Origin: an uncultured Solirubrobacterales bacterium
GTDB taxonomy: Bacteria > Actinomycetota > Thermoleophilia > Solirubrobacterales > 70-9
Direction of reading: 5' to 3'
Assembly (NCBI GenBank): GCA_963798875.1
Contig: CAWCUT010000002.1
Location: 1-64,000, forward strand
DNA length: 64,000 bases
Part shown: piece after piece, positions 29,753 to 38,979 of the stretch
How positions within the stretch are numbered: position 1 is the stretch's first letter
How the letters are laid out: every line of letters starts with the position of its first letter
Notes under the pieces: model-generated
Seen by the model: the letters and a program-made list of their open reading frames with translations, nothing else
Databases searched by the model: none
Told to the model about the DNA's origin: nothing
Position numbers and translations under genes: made by a program

Positions 29753-30503
29753 GCCGAGGATCCGGACGAGGCCGAGGGCGAGCACCGACCGCCGAGAGCG
29801 GCAAGCCGCCCGTGCCCGAGGAGGGCACGCCACCGGGCGACGAGCAGGCCGGGCGCCGAGGTCGGCCGATCGGCGCCGAGGAGGAGAGTCAGGGCCACTA
29901 CCGCGAGCCCGACGGCCGGCGTCGAGGTTCCCGACGATCTCCGCGCCGAGATCGAGGCGGCTCTCGCCCGCTACCCGCAGAAGCGCTCCGCCTCGCTGCC
30001 GGCCCTGCATGCGATCCAGGCCCGCTACGGCTGGTGCACGCCGGAGGGAATCGAGCAGGCGGCAGCGGTCATGGACGTCGACCCGGCCTACCTCGAGTCG
30101 GTCGCGAGCTTCTACGACCTCTTCCACCTCGAGCCCGCCGGCCAGCCACCAGGTGCTCGTCTGCACCAACATCTCCTGCTGGATGCGCGGCGCCGACGAA
30201 CTGCTCGACGCGGTCTGCAAGGCAGCGGGCGCCGACCGACACGAGGCCGGCCACGGCGGCACCGTCAACGAGGCCGGCGACATGTTCGTGAGCGGCTTCG
30301 AGTGCCTCGGCGCCTGCGACATCGCGCCGATGACCTCAGTCGACGGCGTCTACTACGGCCCGCTGGAGGACGCGGACGCGCAGACGCTCATCGACCAGCT
30401 CCGCAGCGGCGCCGACGTCCTGCCGGAGAAGGCCCTGAAGCGCGAGGCCGCGGCGGGCGGCCCCGAGCCCGAGCCGGATCCCCGCGTCGCCGACGCCGGC
30501 TGA
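29749..30503 (+). CDS. nuoE: NADH-quinone oxidoreductase subunit E with 2 apparent frameshifts.
   Basis: GTG start overlaps the nuoD stop (GTGA). Core LRAEIEAALARYPQKRSASLPALHAIQARYGWCTPEGIEQAAAVMDVDPAYLESVASFYDLFHLEPAGQ, then frameshift, then HQVLVCTNISCWMRGADELLDAVCKAAG...GFECLGACDIAPMTSVDGVYYG. Frame changes near 29883 and near 30150. Confidence 0.75.
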
Positions 30504-30518
30504 GGGCGGGGCGTCACG

Positions 30519-30550
30519 CCGGCGCGGGCGTCTCCCGCCGGCGTTTGCAG
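30519..30550 (+). terminator. Candidate intrinsic terminator after nuoE.
   Basis: GC-rich inverted repeat gccggcgcgggcg/cgcccgccggc followed by GTTTGC, immediately after the nuoE stop. Weak U-tract. Confidence 0.3.
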
Positions 30551-30905
30551 TGAGGGAAGTCGGCCGAAGTGAGCCTTCCGTGCTCCCGCGCGCGCCTCTC
30601 ATGACGGAATCGCGTGGCCTCGCGGTCCCCGGCAAGGACACTGGTCACGTTGCACCGCAACCTGCGGTGGAACGTGACCACTCGCCTAAACGGCCTCCCA
30701 ACCCGTCACGGAAGCCAAACGCCCTCGCGCCTTCCGTGACACCTCCGTAGGCCCACACCCCTTACTGCTCCCGAGGCATCACCCGTCCGCCGGGGTCCCG
30801 GCCCCGCGGGGCGTAACCCCACCGCGCACAATCGCCAGCCTCAATCGCTCGCATCGGAGCCACCCCGTCGCGGGGCGTCACGCCATCGCCCGCGAGGGGG
30901 GCCTC

Positions 30906-31290
30906 ACTCCCAGGGCAGCCGGACCGGCCGGCCCGGCGAGTAGCCCAGCGAGAGCCAGTCGTGCAGGCCGCCGCGGTAGTAGAGGAGTGCCTCCGGCGGG
31001 GCGCCGGCGGCGAGCAGGGCCTTGATCGCGCGGGGCGTGGCCCGGCACTGCGGGCCGTTGCAGAAGAGAGCGACCGGGGCACGCTCGACGAGCTCGATCG
31101 ACGTGCTCGGCGATCTCCGCCGAGGGGATTGCGACGGCGCCGGGAATCGTGCCGTGCGCGACCGACTCAGGAATCCGGGTGTCGACGGCGAGCCCGCCGG
31201 CCTCGAGATGCTCGATCAGCTCGAGCTCGCCGATCGTCTCGACGCCCGGCGCGAGCCGCAGCGGCTGCACGGTGCCCCAGCTCGAGTCGA
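30906..31290 (-). CDS. Single-domain rhodanese (sulfurtransferase) with one frameshift. Start is approximate.
   Basis: …ELIEHLEAGGLAVDTRIPESVAHGTIPGAVAIPSAEIAEHVD, then frameshift, then ELVERAPVALFCNGPQCRATPRAIKALLAAGAPPEALLYYRGGLHDWLSLGY. Active-site Cys in CNGPQC. Confidence 0.55.
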
Positions 31291-31455
31291 CGGTGACGAA
31301 GCCGTCGCCCGCCCTGAGCGGGATCGCTCGGGACGTCGGTCGGCGGTGTGGCGCAGGTACGGGCCTTCGGGCGGCCTGAGGGAGCGTCGCCCGACCGGGT
31401 CGGCAAGGTCGTGCGGTGCATCGGTGGGGGCAGTGCCTGTGAGGGCGGCATCGGA

Positions 31456-32666
31456 CTAACCGACCCTCACGCCGCGGCTGCGCGAGGCGAGGAAGAGGCG
31501 CTCGAAGGCGAGCTTCGCCCAGTGCGCCTGCGGTCCGTGCATGATCCGCGGGTTCTCGCTGTCGCCGAGCACGTGGTCGGCCTTGAAGATGACGCCGTTG
31601 TTGCCGGCGTCGAGGACGCAGACCGCGGCGAGGTCGGCGAGCGGCAGCTCCTCGTGCAGCGCCATCGTCGATGTCGGCGGCGATGTTGCGCGCGGCGACC
31701 TCGGCCATCTTCTCGCTCATGTGCCCGGTCTTCGGGACCCCGGCCGGCACCGGCGTCTCGCCGGGCGGCGGGATCGCGATGTCGACCCCGGCGGCGAACA
31801 CCTCGGGGTGATCGACGTGGCGGTACTGGGCGTCGACGGGAATGAAGCCCATCGGGTTGGCGAGGCCCTCGGTGTCGCGGACCACGTCGACCCCGGTGAA
31901 CGGCGGCACGATCATCGAGAAGCTGAAGGGCAGCGTGCGGCCGCCCTCGAGGTGCATCTCGCCGTCGTCGACGCGCTCGATCTCGTTGTTGGTGATCCCC
32001 TCGATCCCGAGCCGGTCGAAGAACTTGCCGACCATCTCGGAGGAATTGCCCACGCCGCCGAGACCGAAGTGGCCGAGGAACGGCTCGGCCGTGACGAAGG
32101 TGACGGGGGCGACGTCCTCGAGCCCCGCCTTCTTGATCCGGTGCTTGACGTTGAAGAGGAACTCGTAGGAGGCGCCGAAGCAGCAGCCGCCCTGGGCGGT
32201 GCCGATCACGACCGGGCCCGGGTCGTCGAGGAACCGCTCCCAGGACTCGCGGGCGTGCGAGCGCGTGCTCGAGGTTGCAGATCGAGCTCGTGTAGCCGCT
32301 CCTCGGGGCCGAGGCCGGCGATCTTCTCGAAGGCGAGCCGCGGGCCCGTCGCCAGCAGCAGCCGGTCGTACGGAGCGTCTGCCCACCCGAGGTCGCGACC
32401 TCGCGGTTGGCGAGATCGATCCGCGTCGCCGCCTCGTTGACGAAGCGGATCCCCTTGCGCTCGTACATCGGCGCCAGCGGGAAGGTGACGTCGTCGGGCT
32501 CGCGGATGCCGAGCGGCAGCCAGATCAGCGACGGGATGAAGGTGAAGTCCTCGCGCGGGTCGAGGACGACGACCTCGTGCTCGTCGGCGAGCTGCTTGCG
32601 GAGCTCGAGCGCCGCGGTCAGCCCCGCGAAGCTCGAACCGACGACGACGACACGTTGGGCTGGCAA
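31456..32666 (-). CDS. sqr: Sulfide:quinone oxidoreductase-like FAD-dependent pyridine-nucleotide-disulfide oxidoreductase, frameshifted.
   Basis: RBS GGAGG plus TTG start. N-terminal RVVVVGSSFAGLTAALELRKQL...VVVLDPREDFTFIPSLIWLPLG. Middle CCFGASYEFLFNVKHRIKKAG...FVTAEPFLGHFGLGGVGNS. C-terminal MHGPQAHWAKLAFERLFLA. Pieces lie in at least 3 frames. Confidence 0.65.
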
Positions 32667-32837
32667 GGCGAACCTCCTGATCGGGAACCGGCCCCCCGTT
32701 CGAGGAGCTGCCCCCGATGGTGCCCTTAGCCGCAGGCGCCTACATCCGTGGCGCGGCGCCGACGGCCTGCGGGTATCCCGCAACGCCGCCCGTCGCCGGG
32801 CGGTGGGCCGGGCACGAGGCCGGAGGCGGGACTCAGC

Positions 32838-33610
32838 TCAGGAGCCGGAGGCCTTCTGGATCGCGTCCTCGACCTGGCCGGTCGACGGCGCGGCACCGAC
32901 GACCTGCGTGCCGCCGGGGCCCTCGACGAGCAGCGAGGGCGTGCTCGAGAAGCCCTTCTCGCTGGCTTCCTTCTGGATGGCCTGCAGCTGCTTCGTCCAC
33001 TTGTCGGAGTTGCGCGAGGTGTTCCAGGCGTCGATGTCCTTGACGCCGGCCGCCTCGGCGACGTCCGTCAGGAACTCGTCGGTGACGTAGCCCGAGTTCT
33101 CCGTGCCCTGGTTGGCGTAGAAGGTCTCGACGAACTGCCAGTAGCGGCCCTGCTCGGAGGCCGCCAGCGCCGCCTTCGCGGCGTCGACGGACTGCGGGCC
33201 GATGATGATGAAGTTCTTGAACTCGATGTTGGCGTCGCCGGCGTGACCGGGCCGGAGAGGAGCTCGGGGATCGACTTGTCGCTGAATGCCTTGCAGGCGG
33301 GGCACTGCAGGTCGCCGAACTCGACGATCGTCGCCTTCGCGTTCGGGTCGCCAAGCACGGTTCCGTTCTGATCGAGGCCGTTGACGAGATCGACGGTCGA
33401 GTTGGTCGTGATCTCGTTGGCGTTGCCCCCGCTGGAGTCGCTGCCGGACTGGCTGATCACGATCAACGCGACGACGACCACCACCGCAATCAGCGCCACG
33501 CCGCCGATGATCGCGAACATGCGCTGGCGCGCGGCCTGGCTCGATTCGGCCTGCTCGGCCTCGAGCCGTTCCTGCCGTCGCTGTTCCTTCTCGTCCTTGC
33601 GGGATGCCAT
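32838..33610 (-). CDS. DsbA-like thiol:disulfide oxidoreductase (membrane-anchored), one frameshift.
   Basis: N-terminal TM (MFAIIGGVALIAVVVVVALIV). Thioredoxin active site GDLQCPACKAF. The C-terminal half (…GRYWQFVETFYANQGTENSGYVTDEFL…) is in a second frame. Confidence 0.6.
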
Positions 33611-33639
33611 CCGGTCGGGTGTCCTCTCTGGGGTGGGGT

Positions 33640-34116
33640 CTAGCTGGGTAGGGGCTCTCGCGGTGCCGTGCTAACGCCGGCGAACCGTATCCCGCGCAGC
33701 AGGCTAACGATGAGCACGAGGGTCATGACGATCGCGCTGCCCACGCACCACTGGCAGATCGCGTTGATGACGAAGAGCTCCAGGTAAGTCAGGTAGGCGG
33801 AGAAGCCGAAGCCGATCAGCGCCGCGAGGATGCCGAGCATCCGGCCGGGGTCGCCGGGTAGCGCTGCGGCGACGAGCACCGCGACGTAACCGAGCAGCCC
33901 GAGCACAGGAACCGGGATGCCGGCGAGCTTCGCGTAATCGGAGTGCTGCACGGTCTCACAGCCGCCACCGAAGGCGCAGACGGGGTTGTCGCCGCCGGCG
34001 TAGTGCTCGATCGTCAGGTAGACGGCGATCCCAAGGCCGATCAGGCCAAGCACGCCGAGCGTTATCCGCAGACGTCGTTCGGTCACGCCTCTTCTCCGCG
34101 CTGCGCCACGCCGCAA
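33640..34116 (-). CDS. Vitamin K epoxide reductase (VKOR) family protein.
   Basis: Four-TM protein with CAFGGGC and CQWC motifs. Adjacent to the DsbA-like gene, the usual actinobacterial DsbA/VKOR pairing. Confidence 0.75.
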   Translation of the reverse strand: MRRGAARRRGVTERRLRITLGVLGLIGLGIAVYLTIEHYAGGDNPVCAFGGGCETVQHSDYAKLAGIPVPVLGLLGYVAVLVAAALPGDPGRMLGILAALIGFGFSAYLTYLELFVINAICQWCVGSAIVMTLVLIVSLLRGIRFAGVSTAPREPLPS

Positions 34117-34195
34117 GGGTAAGCGGTTCCCATCTTCCGCACCTAAACACCTACGGGCACCGCGGGTGGCGGGTTCACTGCAGCTGTGCTACTCT

Positions 34196-34216
34196 CATTC
34201 ACAACTGTTTAGTTGT
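34196..34216. promoter_or_regulatory. Candidate ArsR-family operator.
   Basis: AT-richer sequence cattCACAACTgtttAGTTGTata with the perfect 6-4-6 inverted repeat ACAACT/AGTTGT, about 25 nt upstream of the arsR-like start. Confidence 0.4.
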
Positions 34217-34237
34217 ATAGCTTGAAAGGCAACCCAG

Positions 34238-34579
34238 ATGGCCCTTCCGTCACCGATCCCTGAGCCCGTCGTCGAGCTCATCGCCGGGCGCTTCCGGCTC
34301 CTCAGCGAGCCGATGCGGATCCGCGCCCTCGACCAGCTGCGGGAGGCCGGCGAGGCCTCCGTCAGCGAGCTCTCCGAGGCACTGGGCACGAGTCAGCAGA
34401 ACGTCTCCAAGCACCTCGGCGCCCTCCATGGCGACGGCATCGTCAGCCGCCGCAAGGACGGCAACCGCGTGCTCTACGCGATCGCCGACGACTCCGTGCT
34501 CGAGATCTGTGAAGCCGTCTGCGGCGGCATCGAACGCCGCGTCGGCGAGCTCTCCAACGCCCTGGCGGCGGTGGCCTGA
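34238..34579 (+). CDS. ArsR/SmtB-family transcriptional regulator.
   Basis: Winged-helix core (LSEPMRIRALDQL...ASVSELSEALGTSQQNVSKHLGALHGDGIV). C-terminal CEAVCGG pair of Cys. Stop overlaps the downstream ATG (TGATG). Confidence 0.8.
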   Translation: MALPSPIPEPVVELIAGRFRLLSEPMRIRALDQLREAGEASVSELSEALGTSQQNVSKHLGALHGDGIVSRRKDGNRVLYAIADDSVLEICEAVCGGIERRVGELSNALAAVA

Positions 34580-36714
34580 TGAGCGCTGCAAGCACTTCAC
34601 CTGTCGCACCGGTCGTCGTCGGACCGGTCGGGCGCCTCGGCGCCTGGGCCGGCTCCCACTTCCGCACCGTCCTGATCGCGTGGATCGTGATCGTCGTCGG
34701 CCTCGGCTTCTTCGCGCCGAAGGTCGAGACGGCGCTCTCCGGCGCCGGCTGGGAGGCGAGCGGCTCCGAATCGGTCGCCGCCCGCCAGCAGCTCGACACG
34801 CAGTTCGGGGGCCTCTCCTCCAGCGCCCTGCAGGTCGTGGTCAGCTCGAGCACGCTGAGCTCCGGCGACCCCGCCTTCGACGCTGTCGTCGCCAAGACCG
34901 GCCACGTGCTTGCCGGCGATCAGCGCGTCGCCCGCGTGATCCCGCCGCGGCAGTCCGGCGCGATCTCGCCCGATGGCCACACGGTCGTCGTGCAGGCCGC
35001 CGCCGGTGCGAACAGCAACGACATGGTCCGCGCCGCCGACGACCTCAAGGGTCCCCTCGCCGCCGCCGGTAACGATCAGGTCACGGTCGCCCTGACGGGG
35101 TCCTCCGGCATGTGGTCGGACTTCAACGAGGCGAACCGCAACGCGATGATGAAGTCGGAGGTGATCTCCTGGCCGGTGACGCTGACGATCCTGCTGCTCG
35201 CCTTCGGATCGCTCGTCGCCGCCGGTCTGCCGCTGATGCTGACGATCATGGGGCTGGCCGCCGCGGCCGGATCCCTCTACCTCGGCTCGCAGCTCTTCGA
35301 CATCTCGATCTGGGCGATGAACTTCGCGCTCATGTTCGCGCTGGCGCTCGGCATCGATTACGCGCTGTTCATCGTCTACCGCTTCCGCGGCGCCCTCTTC
35401 GGCGCCGAGCGTGACCCGGTCGAGGCCGCCGCCGTGACGATGGACACGGCCGGCAAGGCCGTCCTGTTCAGCGGCATGACCGTGCTGATCTCGCTCTCGG
35501 CGGTGATGCTCGTCCCGAGCCCGGCCTTCAGATCGATGGCGCTCGGGATCATGCTCGCCGTGATCTTCGTCCTCGGCGCGTCGCTGACGCTGCTGCCGGC
35601 CGTGCTCGCCAAGCTCGGCCCGAAGATCGACTCATTGAGCCTGCCCTGGGTGCACTCCGGCGAGCACCGCTCGGCGCGCTTCGCCGCCTGGGGCGAGCGG
35701 ATCTGGCGACGGCCGCTGCTCTACGGCATGCCGGCGCTGCTGTTGCTCGTCCTTCTGGCGCTGCCGATCCTGCGCCTCGACACCGGCATGCCGTCGATCA
35801 AGGTCGTGCCCGAGGGCGACTCTTCGCGGACCGGCTACCAGCAGATCACCTCGGCCTTCGGCCCCGGTGCTCCCGGCACCCTGCAACTCGTCGGCCCGGC
35901 GGCGCAGGTGAAGATGGCCGCCAACGAGGCAAAGGCCGACCCCGGCGTTGCCGCCGTGCAGCCGATCCTCGCGGGCCCGCAGGGCGGCGCCATGGTCCAG
36001 GTGGTCCCGGCGTCGGATCCGTCCGCGAGCGCCACGGGCGCGACGATCGACAGGCTCCGCAGCGAGCTGCCCAACCAGGTGCTCGTCGGCGGCGCGGTCG
36101 CCGAGAACCACGACCTCGAGCAGCTGCTCAAGGACCGGACGCCGCTGGTCATCGGGGTCGTGCTCGTGCTCGGCTTCCTGCTGCTGCTCGTTGCCCTGCA
36201 GGCACCGCTGGTCGCCGCGCTCGGCGTGATCACCAACCTGCTCGCGGTCAGCGCCGCGTTCGGCGCGGCGACGCTGATCTTCCAGGACGGGCACCTGTCC
36301 GGCCTGCTCGGATTCGAGTCGCAGGGCTTCCTCGACGCGTGGGCGCCCGTGTTCTTCTTCGCGATGGTCTTCGCCATCTCGATGGACTACACGGTCTTCC
36401 TGCTGTCCTCGGCAAAGGAGCACTGGGACCGCAGCCACAACGCCCGCGAGGCGATGGTCGGTGGGCTCGCCCACTCCGGCCGCGTGATCTTCGCGGCGGC
36501 CGGCGTGATGGTCGCGGTGTTCCTCACGTTCGCGCTCTCGGGCCCGCTGCCGCCGAAGGAGATGGGCGTGATCCTCGGGATCGCGGTGCTCCTCGACGCG
36601 CTGCTCGTGCGGCTGCTGCTCGTGCCCGTCCTGCTCCGTTTCGCAGGCGCCGCCGCGTGGGCCGTGCCCCGCCGGTTGCAGAAGCTGCTGCCGAACGTAC
36701 GCTTCGGTCACTGA
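34579..36714 (+). CDS. MMPL-family (RND superfamily) membrane transporter.
   Basis: 711 aa, intact. Two MMPL-type transmembrane bundles separated by periplasmic domains. Confidence 0.8.
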   Translation: MSAASTSPVAPVVVGPVGRLGAWAGSHFRTVLIAWIVIVVGLGFFAPKVETALSGAGWEASGSESVAARQQLDTQFGGLSSSALQVVVSSSTLSSGDPAFDAVVAKTGHVLAGDQRVARVIPPRQSGAISPDGHTVVVQAAAGANSNDMVRAADDLKGPLAAAGNDQVTVALTGSSGMWSDFNEANRNAMMKSEVISWPVTLTILLLAFGSLVAAGLPLMLTIMGLAAAAGSLYLGSQLFDISIWAMNFALMFALALGIDYALFIVYRFRGALFGAERDPVEAAAVTMDTAGKAVLFSGMTVLISLSAVMLVPSPAFRSMALGIMLAVIFVLGASLTLLPAVLAKLGPKIDSLSLPWVHSGEHRSARFAAWGERIWRRPLLYGMPALLLLVLLALPILRLDTGMPSIKVVPEGDSSRTGYQQITSAFGPGAPGTLQLVGPAAQVKMAANEAKADPGVAAVQPILAGPQGGAMVQVVPASDPSASATGATIDRLRSELPNQVLVGGAVAENHDLEQLLKDRTPLVIGVVLVLGFLLLLVALQAPLVAALGVITNLLAVSAAFGAATLIFQDGHLSGLLGFESQGFLDAWAPVFFFAMVFAISMDYTVFLLSSAKEHWDRSHNAREAMVGGLAHSGRVIFAAAGVMVAVFLTFALSGPLPPKEMGVILGIAVLLDALLVRLLLVPVLLRFAGAAAWAVPRRLQKLLPNVRFGH

Positions 36715-36748
36715 TGCGAAAGCCAACCAACGAGCCAAGGAGTCACCG

Positions 36749-38131
36749 ATGATCTTCCGACAGTTCCTGCAGGAGGACCTCTCGTGCGCCTCCTACATGG
36801 TCGGCGACGGCGATTCCGTCGCGATCGTCGATCCGAAGTTCGAGATCGACGAGTACCTGCAGACGGCCCGTTACCTCGGGGTGAAGATCGAGCACGTGCT
36901 CGAGACGCACAACCACGCCGATCACGTCTCCGGCCACGGCCGGCTGGCGGCGGCGACCGGGGCGACGATCCATGTGCACCGGCTCGCCGACCCCGACTAC
37001 GAGCACGAGTCCTTCGACGACGGCTGGGAGCTGGAGCTCGGCGATCTCGTGATCCGCGCGCTGCACACGCCGGGCCACCGGCCCGAGCACACGGCGTTCG
37101 CGCTGATCGACCGCTCGCGCTCCGACGACCCCTGGGCGGTGCTGACCGGCGACACGCTGTTCGTCGGCGACGTCGCCCGGCCGGATCTCGCGATCGACAA
37201 GACCGAGGGCGCCCGCGGGATCTTCGAGTCGCTGCACGGCAAGCTGCTCGGCCTGCCGGCGGACACCGAGATCTGGCCCGGCCACCTCGGCGGCTCGATG
37301 TGCGGCTCCGGCGCGATGAGCCCGAAGATCGCCTCGACGATCGGTTTCGAGCGCGCCCACAACGAGCTGCTTGCGATCAACGACTCCGAGGAGTTCGTCG
37401 CCGCCTCGCTCGAGCGGATCGGCTCCCAGCCGCCGAACTTCCGCAACATCGTCGCGATCAACCGCGGCGAGCTGCTCACCGACGGCGTCGACGCGCACCC
37501 GCTGACGCCGGGCCAGCTGCAGCGCCGGATCGACGACGGGGCGTTCCTCGTCGACACGCGAACGACGATGCAGTTCGGCGACGCCCACATCCCCGGTGCC
37601 ACGCACATCTCGATCCTCGGCCCGGGCTTCGCCTCGCGGCTCGCGTGGCTCGCCACACCCGACCAGGAAATCGTCTTCGCCGGGCGCGACGACGCCGACG
37701 GCGTCCGCGCGGTGCAGCTCGCCCAAGCCGTCGGCCTGCGCAACCTCGGCGGCTTCCTCGACGGCGGCATGACCGCCTGGCGCGAGGAGGAACGGCCGGT
37801 GGAGCGGACCGAGCGGCTCACGGTCGGTGAGCTCAAGGAGCGCTGGGACGCGGGCGAGATCGAAGTCCTCGACGTGCGCGAGCCCGGCGAGTACGAGGAG
37901 GGCCACATCCCCGGCGCCCGCAACCTCGTCTGGCACGACATCGACCAGCTCCCCGCCGACGTCGACGGCAAGCCGGTGGCGACGATCTGCCAGGGCGGCA
38001 CCCGGGCCGGGATCGCGGCGAGCCTGCTGCAGCGCTTCGGCGCCGAGCGGGTCGCCTACGTCCCCCGCGGTGGCATGAGCGCCTGGCGGGAGCAGGGCTT
38101 GCCGCTCGAGGATCCCCGGGCCGCGGACTGA
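36749..38131 (+). CDS. Metallo-beta-lactamase-fold persulfide-dioxygenase-like enzyme fused to two rhodanese domains (CstB/Blh-like).
   Basis: HNHADHVSGHGR (HxHxDH) MBL motif. Two C-terminal rhodanese modules with Cys in ICQGGTRAG. 460 aa, intact. Confidence 0.75.
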   Translation: MIFRQFLQEDLSCASYMVGDGDSVAIVDPKFEIDEYLQTARYLGVKIEHVLETHNHADHVSGHGRLAAATGATIHVHRLADPDYEHESFDDGWELELGDLVIRALHTPGHRPEHTAFALIDRSRSDDPWAVLTGDTLFVGDVARPDLAIDKTEGARGIFESLHGKLLGLPADTEIWPGHLGGSMCGSGAMSPKIASTIGFERAHNELLAINDSEEFVAASLERIGSQPPNFRNIVAINRGELLTDGVDAHPLTPGQLQRRIDDGAFLVDTRTTMQFGDAHIPGATHISILGPGFASRLAWLATPDQEIVFAGRDDADGVRAVQLAQAVGLRNLGGFLDGGMTAWREEERPVERTERLTVGELKERWDAGEIEVLDVREPGEYEEGHIPGARNLVWHDIDQLPADVDGKPVATICQGGTRAGIAASLLQRFGAERVAYVPRGGMSAWREQGLPLEDPRAAD

Positions 38132-38196
38132 TCGCCGGCGAGGCGTCACGTTCCATGTCGTCACGACATGCTTCGTAACCAGCCGGCGGGGCGCCG

Positions 38197-38970
38197 ATGA
38201 GCGGCCTCGAGGCGGCACCGCTCGGCCTCGCGATCGGCCTCTTGATGGGCGCCTTCGGCGGTGGCGGCTCGCTGCTCGCCGTGCCGCTGCTCGTCTACGT
38301 CGTCGGCCAGGACGTGCGCGAGGCGCAGGCGACCTCCCTCGTGATCGTGATCGCCGGGGCGCTGGCGGCGCTCGCCGCCTACCTGCGCACCGACGACGTG
38401 CGCCTCCGCGCCGGCATTGCCTTCGGCCTGGCCGCCGGCGTCAGCGCGCTCGCCGGCTCCGTTGTCAACCGGCACCTGAACCCCGACCTGCTGCTGCTCA
38501 TCTTCAGCCCGCTGATGGTCGCCGGGGCGGCGGCCCTCGTCAGCGACGCCGCGCGCCGGCCGGCCCAGTTCCGGCCGTGGCGCTTCGGCATCTCACGCTC
38601 AAGCGTCGTGCGCGTCATCGTCTACGGCCTCGCGGTCGGTTGGATCACGGGCTTGTTCGGCGTCGGCGGGGGCTTCGTGATCGTCCCGGTGCTTGTCCTG
38701 GGCCTGCGCTTCTCGACGATCGAGGCGGTGGCGACGAGCCTGCTGATCGTGATCATCGGCTCCGGCTTCGCGCTCGTCGACCGGATCGCCTCCGGCGACG
38801 TCGACTGGAGCATCGCGATCCCGCTCTCGATCGCCGCGGCCCTCGGCGCGCTCGCCGGCCATCAGGTCGCCGAGCGCTACGACGGCGAGCGGCTGCGCCA
38901 GGCACTCGCCGTGGTCATCGTTGGGGCCGCCGTCTACACGGCGATCCGCTCGGCCGCGGCGCTGATCTGA
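38197..38970 (+). CDS. TauE/SafE-family sulfite/organosulfur exporter.
   Basis: Eight-TM duplicated 4-TM architecture, 257 aa. Glycine-rich helices typical of DUF81/TauE. Confidence 0.7.
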   Translation: MSGLEAAPLGLAIGLLMGAFGGGGSLLAVPLLVYVVGQDVREAQATSLVIVIAGALAALAAYLRTDDVRLRAGIAFGLAAGVSALAGSVVNRHLNPDLLLLIFSPLMVAGAAALVSDAARRPAQFRPWRFGISRSSVVRVIVYGLAVGWITGLFGVGGGFVIVPVLVLGLRFSTIEAVATSLLIVIIGSGFALVDRIASGDVDWSIAIPLSIAAALGALAGHQVAERYDGERLRQALAVVIVGAAVYTAIRSAAALI

Positions 38971-38979
38971 GCGCAGCCG

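Noticed and set aside
30504-30900. Small ORFs (30550-30750 plus; 30762-31082 minus) in the nuoE-downstream spacer.
   Set aside because: Low-complexity. They overlap strong palindromes. There is no RBS or homology. The region is better interpreted as structured non-coding DNA.
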